A stretch of DNA of 54,873 nucleotides, filler included, from Catajapyx aquilonaris (lineage: Eukaryota): NCBI GenBank assembly GCA_000934665.2. It is 2 parts of 2 records of this genome, joined end to end, with 100 filler letters (N's around TTAATTAATTAA, not from the genome) between each part and the next. Parts side by side here need not be neighbours in the genome. Positions count along the whole stretch, not along the records: positions 27,507 to 54,873 come from JYFJ02005065.1; 1 more part is not named here. One strand, given 5' to 3'. The position numbers were made by a program, and so were the translations under genes. Below the pieces are notes generated by a model, which ran no database searches, was not told where the DNA came from, and saw only the letters and a list, made by a program, of their open reading frames with translations. Shown piece by piece: positions 34,550-46,700 of the stretch. The stretch's first letter is position 1. Each line of letters opens with the position of its first letter.

Positions 34550-36431
34550 TTATTGACTAGGCGGTGCCATCAGGTCAACTCCTATGGCTCCTCTGGCAAT
34601 CCTCACGCCAACAACGAAGAAGACAATGCTCTTCACCATTTGCCTGCAATTAGAAAATATATTTAACAGCTTGTTGTGTATTGGGTGGCTGGTAATGGAT
34701 CTCAAGGTGATGAACAAACAAGGTGTATTGCCAGTATACAGGGTGATCAAACTTTTTTGTCGTTTTAGTTATTGACAAATTCGGCTTAAGCTGCTTATAT
34801 TGTAGCCCGTTACCTGGCAACCTCGTCCGGCGGGCCAATTCAAACATCAGCCCATGGAGAGCGCTTCCATTGTTGCCACTGTTTACAAATCGAGTGAGTG
34901 ACGCGGACGACCCAGCGACGGGTCTCTTCTGCCTGCGCACTCACTCGGAACTCGATTTGTAAACAGTGGCAACAATGGAAGCGCTCTCCATGTGCCGATG
35001 TTTGAATTGGCCCGCCGGACGGTGTTGCCAGGTAACGGGCTACAATATAAGCAGCTTAGGCCGAATTTGTCAATAACTAAAACGACAAAAAAGTTTGATC
35101 ACCCTGTATAATAAGCAGAGTCCGGATTTTCAGGCACGAAAAAACCCGAAATAGGCACAAAATAGTTACTTTTTCGGGAGTATGGAGGATAATGCTATAT
35201 CAAATAAAAAGCTAGAATAATTTTATAGGCCTAAAGTATAAATGTAATAAGGTTTCAAACCATGGCAAAAACCTAATAACAACGATAAACTGACATGAAA
35301 TCATGAAACTTGGGTAAAAGTCACAAAGTGCAAGCAAGTACGCACTTGCTCTGGACTTCACCGCTTATAGCCAGTTTCCACTTGCACAATATTTGGCATA
35401 CACGTCACGGAAACATGATTTGTAGTAATACTTCTGAATAATTTTGGTTGGTTCAGGAGCACAAAAAAACAAACTTGCCTCTGAAGGAATAGGTTCGGAA
35501 TAGGCCCAAAAAGTCCCGAAATTGCTTCAAAAAGCTCAAAAACTATCCCAAAAAAGACCACATAGGGATTAAAAGTCTCAAAAATCCAAAATAGGCAAAA
35601 TAGTTCCCAAAACCACGAAATAGGCCATCTTAGGCACTATAAAACCTACATTTTCCACATCCTGCACTTATTCACAAAACCATCCAAACTGAAAAGGAAC
35701 TAAATAGGCATTTGGCTAAAAATCTGGACTCTAAAGGCCTGTACACACAGGCCGTTGACGGTTTTGTGTTGCCCCCGTTTACATGAGTCATGATTGGTCT
35801 GCTGCGTCGACACGACCCAAGACCAAAATCGTCAACGGCCTGTGTGTATGGGCCTTAATAATAAGCGCTCGAGAACAGACCAACGACTAGGTCTGGTTCC
35901 TACATAAGAACAACAGTCACCAGTTGTCTAGCAACTGGTTACAAAGGACACAACACAGCTCATACATGACATTCCACCATATGCAGAGGGGTTATTCACT
36001 CATTGTATTCCCTGCGTATTCCACTTGTATTCTGGATATATTCCAGCATATTCCGGGTGTAATACATATACCAGTATCCCAGTGTATACGGGGAATATCA
36101 GTATCCCAGTGTATACCGTGGGAATGCCGGAATTCAGTATTCTTTGTACACAAAATGGACAAGTGATTAACCTTTTGCCATAACCCTATGATTGTGATTA
36201 ATTAACAATCTCATGATAAACCAATCTTTGGACTTGGTTGACTTTGCACCACATGAAAAGTGATTATTCCTGCATATCTCCCTTCTCGGCCCCCACAAAT
36301 GGCTGTTCATCGCATCGCCCACGCCCCGGGGCATGCCTCGAGCCTCACCATCTGAACTGGTCGTGGTAAATTCCGCGGAAAAGGGCCATGATCCCACCTC
36401 CACGCCGCTGATGGAACGTTTCGCCGGCCAT
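34550..36431 (-). CDS. TOMM6: TOM6-like mitochondrial import receptor micro-protein (58 aa, or 44 aa from ATG 36389); exons 36349-36431 and 34550-34643
   Basis: Phase-2 GT-AG join gives MAGETFHQRRGGGIMALFRGIYHDQFRWQMVKSIVFFVVGVRIARGAIGVDLMAPPSQ*, resembling the metazoan TOM6 pattern RGVY...DFRR...GLFAAGVWLARNLSDIDLMAP recalled from memory. Confidence 0.72.
34739..35106. mobile_element. Tc1/mariner-type foldback MITE, about 155-bp TIRs
   Basis: TA-CAGGGTGATCAAAC...GTTTGATCACCCTG-TA; near-perfect arms. Confidence 0.9.
35116..35857. mobile_element. hAT-type non-autonomous element (its right end is interrupted by a Harbinger MITE)
   Basis: TIR CAGAGTCCGGATTTT / AAAATCTGGACTCTA; 8-bp TSD ATAATAAG at 35108-35115 and 35858-35865; internal AAATAGGC repeats; second partial copy at 51308-51556. 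Confidence 0.8.
35735..35855. mobile_element. PIF/Harbinger MITE
   Basis: AGGCCTGTACACACAGGCCGTTGACG...CGTCAACGGCCTGTGTGTATGGGCCT with TAA TSD. Confidence 0.85.
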
Positions 36432-36460
36432 CTTTGCTGGGATTGGAAAAATACGGTAGC

Positions 36461-36473
36461 GTGACGTCACTGG
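36461..36473. promoter_or_regulatory. CRE/ATF-like palindrome upstream of the TOM6-like gene
   Basis: GTGACGTCACTGG 30 nt upstream of the ATG; identical 13-mer at 52941. Confidence 0.45.
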
Positions 36474-37758
36474 CTTTATCAGCAACACTAGCGCTTACCT
36501 AGCGGACGATTAGAGAATCTCTGGTCACCGTATTCGAGTCGACCTTGGATGGCATTTAGAATCAGCGTTAATTTCTTTACCACCATTTACACCATTTAAG
36601 TTAGTGTCACACTACAAGTTGTACAGGTCGTACTTACTCTCTCACTATCCAGGACATACTGAAAGAAACAATAGCATAAAAGTGTTCAAAAGATTACCAT
36701 ATTATCAGGTATGCAGATACAGGAATAAAATAAAGTGAGATAACACTGCAATATCTAATTTATTAACAATGCACAATTATGGCTTGTCCCCAAGTAGATT
36801 TTGCCCCACTATTTGGCATTAAATCTGAACCTAGCTACCCTTTACTTTGCCATGGCGTAACAAGGGTTGGTCAAGGAACAATGTTTATGGGGGTGAGAGA
36901 GGGCAGTTAAGACAGGGAAAAAACAACAACAAACAACAACAACAACAACAATAAACACCCTTCAGAAGATTTGTACTGTGCAAAAAGTCAGCTCAGAGAG
37001 GATGCCACTGAAATCATTTCACACATAGGGAATGTTTGTTTTATGGATCATGTTTGTTTCGAGATATATCTGGTAACAGACTGGAAGTATGTTACAATAC
37101 AATAGTCTCGCACTTGACCTGATTCCTTTTGAAACTGGGAATGGAGATACGGTTGAGGTAACAGAGTTTCATTAGAGATTCATAGTTTCAAAAATCCACC
37201 TGCCTTTCATTATTCCCGCAATGATGCCACATAACTACGTAATGAGGCAGAATAGTCTTTCTCTTACAAGATTGCAAGTGCAAGATTACATGGTATTGTT
37301 ACACAATTCAGTAACAGGGGAGCTATATTTTTTACACATTTTTCACTCTAACAGGAATGCATTTTATGCAGCTATTGAAGTAGATATGCTTCATGACTTC
37401 ACAGCAAACTGGTAGCATTTTCTGTCCCACTTTTAGTTTATTTTACAACATATCTGAACTACTTACCCCCAAAAAGAGGAAGACCCATATCGTCAAAGGC
37501 ACAAGCTGTAACTTTGGTATTGTGAGCAATATAAAGTTCCAGTATCAGCTGGGAAGGGGGGGAGTTGCAAGTATTTCAAGGTGCAGTGACATGTATACAA
37601 CAGTATGTGTCTGGTGACACGTAATTCCATCAGCAAACAAAGGCACATCTAAGGTGTTTTTTTTTTTCCACACATGCTCACACCCAGACATTCAAATGTT
37701 GGCATTATTCGTGAAATTTTCATGTTGTTTACAAGGAGATGACTAGACTGAGATTCCA

Positions 37759-40700
37759 TCAGCATGGTGCCGATGGTAAAGTGAACTGACTCAGGCGAGA
37801 CAGTCCTTTGGTGAGACAGGCAAGTGACTCCCGGGCTGCGCAGAGTTCAGACTGGCGGTACCGAGACACAGCAGACTGGAACTCCTGGATTCGACATCGG
37901 TGAAACTGCTTTATCTGGAAGGTTGGAGGAAGTACAAATGAATGGCACTCAGAAAATGAAATTATTTCGGATCCCATCTTCAACTCCCACCAGCTGCCTT
38001 ATCTTAATTCTACCCTCTACCCAAACAGGAACACAATATCTTAGGATGATAATAGGCTCACAAACAGAGAGTCTTGCATGTGACAGTTTCACAACATCAT
38101 AATGCTAGGGTGACTGTCATATTCCAGTTATGACAAGTTATAATTGCAGAAGCATGGATATGTAATGGTCATCACCACAGCCTTCCACCTCTGAGGTCCC
38201 AACTGAACTCCCAGTCAGATGAAGGGTTTTCTCATGCAGAAGAAGTTCTCTCCATATTCGCATGGGTTTCCATGGGGTTATCCCATTTATTTGCACTATC
38301 TAAACCTATCAGTAGTGCACTGACTGATAATCAGAATTTAAAAGACAATCCCATGTGGTACAATTATAGGCCTATGGTAGGGTAACAAATTGTTCATTAC
38401 TAGTAATTACTAAATTACCCATCCCAGTACTCTCCGTGTAAAAAATACGCTGGTCTGTTTGGTTTGAAACTACTCTCACTTGACTACCATAAGGAAGAGA
38501 AACCTTTTTTCTCACTCTAATTTTGCAATCAGTCATGCTCTCCCTACTTACTACACAAAAGGTGATAGAAGTGTCAAGCTTGGTGAGCACTGGCGCTGAA
38601 GCGAATGCTCCTCTAATTTGGCTGATTAAACAAGCGTAACAGCCGTGAAATCTCGAGGACAGGGATGATTGTTTCCGCATGATCGCTCCTTAAAAATTTC
38701 TCCAGCTGAGAAATGTCACTGTCACACCAATTTGCACTCTTGCATCTTACGAGTTAGTCATGTAATTCGTGTGACCTCCACGTGTTTACAGCTGAACGGA
38801 TCCAAACACTACCTTTGATGAAACACAATAATCATCAGTGTCCTTCCTAACACACTGCTAACTGCATAAGCCTAATACGTCCTGCTTGATTGAGCAAACA
38901 TACGTGACAGCTGCTTATATAAAGATGCAGTGTACCACAATCCTGGAGGGAGTGTGGACCAAGGTTCTGCCTTGAAACAATTGCTCAGACATTGCATTGT
39001 TTGCAACTACCATTGTTTTCTGTCACCTTCTCATGTTTTGTAACACCTCTTTGCACGACACTTTACATATAACCTTAAATTCAAAATGAAAGGGAGGAAA
39101 AAATAAATCCTGAAGGCTTACTTCTTGCCGAGCCACATCAGAGCACTCTTCAAAGGCACTCTCCGACTCCTGCTTGGCCTTCACAGCCTGCAAGATATGC
39201 ACAATACGAAAAGAAATTAACACACACACAGTTTAGTGAATCAGAGCATGGCAAAGATTGTGCCTAAAGGAAGGTTACTGGGGTGGGGAGAATGGAGGGG
39301 AGGAGGAATGAGTTTGCATGACTCTTCCCTCATTTCAGCTCCCAAATGTATAAATAAACCTCCTCCCCCACGCAAACCCCAACCAACCACCCCATAATTT
39401 GACTATGAAATATATGATGGACTAACAAAAAAAAAGATCCTCCTCACTCATCATGGTTTTTATCAGATGAGGCGATCGCGGTTGGCTGACCAGAAGATGA
39501 CCTGCTGGGATCCCAGGTAGTCCGAACCGTGAAGGGGAGCTGAGGAGGATTCCATGGTTGCGGAGCAGAAGTAGGGGAGAGAGTCAGAGTCGGAGGAACT
39601 GCTTGGAACTGTACATGTGCAAGGGTGGGTGGGGGGAGAGAAAACAATTAAAAAGTAAAGTAGGGTGAGAAGCAAATTCACTGCAACTTTGTTCCTATAA
39701 TAAAAGTTGTTGGCTTGATTGTTAATGACTAAATATCAAGCGGTCTGTCAAGTGGGGAGAAGTAGCATGGTGCAACTGCATAATGATGATCTAAACAAAG
39801 ATCCTCCATGACAGTTGAGCCCAACCCATTTATAATAAGACCTCTTATAACTGTACCACCCGTAATTGTGCTGTAAAAAGTGGGCATAACCCATGATGCA
39901 AGTTTTGACCATTGTGGTCAGCAAATTCCCCAACTTAGGTTTACAAAGTTTCCCACTACTAGCCTCAGCAGCAAACCAACCGTAAAGAAACAAGAGAAAT
40001 GACTCCCTGCGGACTCGAATAATCACCCTGGACTTCCTGCCTAGCTTCCCTTCCGTGATGCCTTCTCCCCAAAGAGTTTATGTCGTGGATTGAAGACTCT
40101 CCAACACCATCCACCAGAAGTGCTGTATGCCTCAATGGTGCCAAAGATGGGGTTGGAAACGCTAGAAGACCAGCTCCTGCGTTGACTGGAGGGCGGTTCC
40201 TGCCTGTGAACCATGCACCCAGCTGGTGTGTGGCAGCAACAGATAATCCATTGCCAGTAGATATGGACTGTGGCCCAATGGCACCATTGCTATTCAAGGA
40301 GGGTCCCACAACTTCCCTTGGCCTGTGCCGCATAATCCGTCTCCTCTTCCTCCTCCATCTAAGTAGAACTGCTCCAACAGCTACCACCATGAATGCCCCT
40401 ATGCAGCCAGCAGCTACAGCTGCCGTTGCAGGTGTGGTCATTCTGTTCGGAACATTTGGGCATCCAATTCAAGATAGGATCAACCTCATTGTCATGGTAT
40501 GTGATGTGCCATTGAGGGAAGTTGGCAAGTTGGTCAATGTTTAATTCAGCACTTCCTAAGATTTTGAGTTGCCTGGCATTCAACCCAGAAACATATTCAT
40601 TCTAACTAGCTAAATATTAATTAACCAAATACACTTGACAAAAAGAATCACTAGCTTTCAACTACAAATATTTCATTGGGTAAACATTAGCCTTTGTCAA

Positions 40701-43700
40701 ATAGGACCATTACCAAATTAAAGTATTAACATCAGTTTTGCTACATTTATCTTTGTAGTTATTCAAGCAGAGTGGTCGCTATGCAGGGCGTTTCTCTGCC
40801 TGAGTTGGCAGTCCAAAAAGTAGACGATGGAAGAGGTTGATAGATTACCTATGCTAGAGCTGCATTCAAACTCGATCCTTTTTGTCAAATTGTAAATTAG
40901 CTGAAAAGTGAGCTGCACTACCAATTTAGTCGAGGATTGACCTGCCAAGATCATCTGAGACACACAGTTGATCATATGCATAAAATAACTAGATGCTGAT
41001 TATTCTGCACAGTGATAAGCGAGTTTTTAAAAACACGCATAAAAAATCTGAGTACCATCATTCCTGTTCTCTCACCCTCTCAAAAGTGCAAAAAGTAATA
41101 TTAGAGGTAGCCTTGAATTAGTGAGAAGTTGGCGAGAATAATTACGTGCAGCTATATTATTATTCAAATAACACAGCAATTGTACGTAATTAGTTAGTAT
41201 TTTAGTTCATGACTATTGTCCAGTACATAAGAATTAAAAATCACCAGGACAAATCCAGATTCAATGACTCTCTTTTCAATGACAAAAACCAACACTGATG
41301 CTAAGAGTAGTAATGGTAAGTTAAGCATGATTAAGAAAACTACTGCCACATTAGCATTGATGCTCTCTCACAAGCACTCAGTTAAACTCTAAAATTCCTT
41401 GTCAAGTTAGCACTATTTTGAATGCATGTAAGATATGTGAAACTTCAGAGAAAGCGCCTTTCATCTTTCCCCATCTCTCAATCTCCTGCCATCCTCCTTG
41501 TTACAAATCCCTATTAAATTCCGTGTTCAGGTAAATTTCAACGAAATAATTCTTTTAAAAAACTACCCAATATTCACCTAAAAACATCCAGTACAAAGAA
41601 TATGTATTTTAAAGATAACTAGTTGCCATTATTTTTAGTCGAAGTTGTCCCGAATAATGCAACAAAAATGCCACTCAATTTTGCTTATTGATTCCTGCCT
41701 TCACATACGAAATTCACGAATTTGAAATTGGCAACATTTAATCGTGATTAATCATGATTTAAAATTTTCCAGCAACAGTAATGACGACTTTTTTTTCACA
41801 GTTGCCAATTTTTTGCTAAGGCAAGTATTACCCCCAATTCGATCAATTATCAGACCCATGAACATTTAAATGCCAGTTTTAGTGAACAATATGCAACTCT
41901 AAAATCGAAAATCAGATGCCAGAAAAACAATCGGGAGAAACTTCGGAAATTTCTAGGCGATTTTATCATATTGCAAATTCGCTCATTTCTAACGCGGATG
42001 TTCAATATGCATATTTTTAAAAACGAGTTCACTTTTTCATCACAATTCTACTAAAATATGGCCATTCACGACAAAAACGATCTTGCAATAGGCAGTTGAC
42101 ATTTCGTCACCAACTTGCGACCAAAAAAAAGCGCGAAATTTCGTCCGCTTATTATCTCGCAAAACATGAACTTCCGCCTCAGTTTCATCACAACGTGTGA
42201 AAATCATGCCGATCAAAGTGTGACAGGGACATTTGAATTTCACATTTTCTCCGAGCACGCGACAATACCATATCGTGTGTACTGTCCCACAACCCCTGCG
42301 AAAAAAAGGCGCTAGTAATATCCTGCCGAAGTAATTTCTATATCCCTTTCCCTTTGCCACGATATGCCTTTCGCCCGTCTTCTTTCGGCTCTCACACTCT
42401 TCAATAATTACAGTTAATAACGAAGAAAGTGTGGCAGAAAAAAACTCCGAAAAATCTCAAACATGAAATATTGCGGTTCTCTTCAAAATGTCGCCGAAAT
42501 TACACCCTGAGCATGTGCTTATAAAGCATATGGGTCAAGGCTGATTCGTTTGAATTTCTGCGGTCCTCTTTTTTTCCCATGCCGCCCAGCAATTTAAATC
42601 CATGTGAATTTGCACTTTCGCAACTTCAAATCGCTCCAGCAAACTTTCCTCAATGGTAAACAAGTCGGCTGATCCTTATCTCCAGGCATCATCTCACGGG
42701 AAAACAAGAATCAGTGGCAATGAAAATTATTTGGTTGATCCTATCTCGAACTGACCTCCGTGACTCCACCATGGGGTTCCGGAGTCGCGGTACTGACGGC
42801 GGTGGTGCCAGTGACGACGACGACGATGTCGACAATGCCAACGACGCATTGCTGCTCCGACTGGACAGTCTTCGGGGATCCTCGCCGTAAAAACCGTCAA
42901 ATGCATCCCATAGGCTCTCCCTAGGAGGTGTGGGTACCACCACCAAACCTGGAAAATCGGTGGTGCTGGTGGTGGACGAAATGTCCGGTTCGTAACTGGT
43001 GGTGTTGACAGACGCTGCTGGTGCCAGATACCAATTGGACGTCGTTACTGGTACGGTCGGTACCGGCGTCGTTGTCGTGTCCAGAAACAAATATTCTGTC
43101 TCATGGTCCACCCGATCAGTGGCAGCCACTCCGATTTTAGCCACCCGGTTGGCAAAAGACGACAACCGTCTGAGGTCAATCCTGGAGTATCTCAGCACCT
43201 CCTCCTTCTCCTGAGGGGTCAGCTCACCAGGAACTTGGTCACTACTCACAGTCACAGTCACCAGCAGGGACACCACGAGCGCCAGCGCCGCGCCATACCG
43301 GACGCGCATGGCGCCTCGACTGGATGCTGGCGGCTTCTTTCTTCCAAGCCGGGCCCTAAGCCCATTTCATTATCCCAAGCAACAGAGTCTGAAGTGGTCA
43401 CACGCCAGTGAGAGCGTGAAGGGCGATTCCCCCAGAGGAAAAATGAGGGTCAGTGCTCAAGGGGGACATTCATGTGAGGAGGAGAAGAAGACGAATCCTC
43501 CTCCACCACCAGCCAAACTCCACCTACTGGAGGACTACTGGTGCTCACTGGACCATCAGCATCACCTGGTCAGCAGCCCAAGAGCCGCAATTTTTAGAGC
43601 GTTTTTTTTCTGTACTTCAAAGATCAAGATAAAAGACAACTTGAAGAAAGAGAAAAATAGACGGTAATATACTGTCACGTATGTAGGGCGTTTTGAGAAG

Positions 43701-46700
43701 GAAATGCGGTGAGGGGAAAGTACCAAGCTGCAATTTCGACTTCCTTTTCATCATTACAAGTGCGGCCATATAATAATTGGGTCTACTGTGCGGATGTCAG
43801 GAAACTTGGTGACAAGGGTCTGTCACCTTGTACACGAAACTGACTTTGATCCCAGGCCCATTCCTTATCTGTCATCTTCATGGATGGCCTTGCATAAAAA
43901 GGCTAGCAAGGTAAAGGTAGAAAATGTCAGAAGAATGGTTTGTTCCCAGCCACTTTCAAAAGCAATAATTCTTGCTTTCTGTGACGGGATGATTGTGTTG
44001 CAGTATGACAATGCTGGGCCGCTTAGATATTGATGTCAAGTTTCTGTGGCCTACCCTGCATGGAGCTTCGTTGTGGTGACAAACAAGTAGCCACTGTCTG
44101 TGTACCGACTTCTTGGTAATAATACATCACATTCCACAATGGATTATGAAACACTTTCTCTTCAAAACTCTCCCAGGCCTTGCCAGTTTTCTACTTCCAT
44201 TTCAGGTCTGTGAATGCTTTTTATACTTTTACAAGTAGCCATGATGATCTATTACAGAGCACACTAATTAGCATAGCTTTGAGCAATTTGCAGCCTTGCA
44301 AGTTTCCCACTTTCACTGGTGTTAAAACTATGCCAATTTTCAATGCAGAATTTCCTGCACAATCCACAACCCCAATTAATACATGCATCCAAAATTCTTT
44401 GCATGCACATGCATAGAATCCATTTTCATCAAACCCATGCTTACGTGAGATACATTCAACAATTCGTGTCAATTATTTTTCATCACTTAATTAGTACTGA
44501 CATGTAATGATTTTCCCCTGATGTCACAGCCAATTACTACATTGACCAAAAATGATGAATGTTTTTTCTCATATATTTCAACAAAGTTTCTCTCCAACAG
44601 AACGATAAGCTAATGCACCGTACAGTGTTGGACATTAATCGAGACATGCTGCTAGCGACATTTTCCGAAGCGGCAGAAGAAGGAATCGAAGATAAGGATA
44701 GTGCAAGCCAGGTGAGCAAGATTCCTTCTTCTGCCGCTTCGGAAAATGTCGCTAGCAGCATGTCTCGATTAAAGTCCAACACTGTACAAGTTTGCTAAAA
44801 TGGATTCTACTGGCAAACAAGAAAAATTAGAAATCTTACCGCTTCCTTCTTTCCTGCTTTTGCCTTGTCCAGAGCACGATTGGCACCTTCATATTCTAGC
44901 ATGAGTGTGAGGCGAATTTGTAGCATTGAGTTCTCGCTGTCTATGTATCGGGAAAATAGCTCCAGGCAGGATCCAAGAGATGCATCTGCCTGCTGAGTCT
45001 GCCAGTCAAGCACATGCTAACAAACAGAAAATGCAGCTTTGACTAAAAGGTGCATCTCATGAAGAAAGCAAAGTCAAGCCAACAGCATGACTATGCTGGT
45101 TCACAAAATATAAATGAGTATGCATTGTGTTTCATAATTAAGCTAACATCAAGATCATTTGGCAGAAATGTCATGTACACCAACACATGTCATGTCAGCA
45201 CCCTGAAGGAGGGGATTGCATGGGAAGGATGTGGGAGGTTCTCCTGACCAACTATTTTGCATGCACATGAATACCAACTTGATGCAGTAAAGTCTGGAAA
45301 CTTTTTAACCACCAACCCGTCACAAGCTTAATTATAAAGCAAGTGGTATATTTATGTCACTCGATAGGATGGCACTATTTGATATACACACCTGAACACA
45401 CCTGAAAATAATCAAGTGCAATAACACGAATAATCTGAAACAACCTGAATACAACCCTGGAGTGTTCGCTTTGCCCCATTATTGTGATAAGAAGAAAACT
45501 AGCAACATGTACAAGCAATAACCTGACATGTTGTTGTTCAGGCTAGAATTCATGCAAGCATATTTGTGAAGGTAAGTACTCATCAGTATCAAATGTTGTG
45601 ACAATTTAACACAACAAGTTCACAAGCCAATAAGCTATTACAATGGAGACAACAAACTGAAGGCTTCTGTAAACCCTGAGCATTTGCCAACCAATTTTTG
45701 ATACATTATGATGTGAAACTTTGAAATAAATTAGAATTCATAATTGTAAGGATACCCTTTCAGTGTGTGTGGAAAATGCACTGAAGGGAGCTTTGAGTAT
45801 ATTCGCATATAATAAAAGCTTTAGTAATGGTAAAGCTAAACTGACCCAAATGTGCACATTTTAATTGGATAAATATAAATGAAGTTGTTCTTTGCAAATG
45901 TGATGCTTGTAAAGTAATTATAGCGAAACCTACTTATAAAAAATCTTAGATGCATGGGAAACGTGCTCATCATTAATTTTTTTTTGCTCCTGGTGGAGGA
46001 TTATCAATTAATTTTCTGTCACATAAAATGGAAACTTGTTCAACAGAGAAATTTTCTATGAACAAGCAACTCCACTGCAGGTACATTTCACTCTACTTTC
46101 TTGGATACTACAAATAAGGGGCATCCAGCACTTCTTGATGAAGCAGGGTAAAATAGGTTTGGGCATGGCCATTGAGCAGGTTAGGGGAATCCCTTTTGCA
46201 ATGATTGTTGCTGACATCCAGCCATGATTTTTTTTTTTTTTTTGAAGTACCCCGTGATGACCTTTTCGTCTATAGGGGGGTGGATTACCACCATTGGAGG
46301 GAAAGGGCTGTTGTCTATTTTTGAATACGCCCGGACCCACGGGCAGGGAAACTGGGAGGGGATGTGCAAAGTGCATGTGCACAGACGTTGATGTGCCGTT
46401 TTGTGAACTCCCCCGGGTGGCATATGTGGAAGGATCGCCACCCGAAACGAAGCCAGAGACGGTCTTACTCTGCGCGAGATGAAGGGAGGAAACCCCGGGT
46501 TGGGCTCGAACCCGGGACCTTAACATTCGCGGGCGCATACGTTACCGCAGCGCCACTTCGCCTCCCCATCCAGCCATGATATCACACTCAGCTAATTGGG
46601 GGACACTTTTATCAGGAGTGGTGTAATGTTGAATTAAGAATCTTAGCATGCAATATACAGGGTGGACGGAAAGTTTCGGACAACCATAGGCTTTTGAACC

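Noticed and set aside
38610..38705. Alternative last exon of the sorting nexin (LEKFLRSDH...)
   Set aside because: The exon at 37759-37914 gives the expected BAR C-terminal helix; this one shows no family resemblance
44537..44798. Two near-identical opposite-strand ORFs
   Set aside because: Artefact of the palindromic MITE
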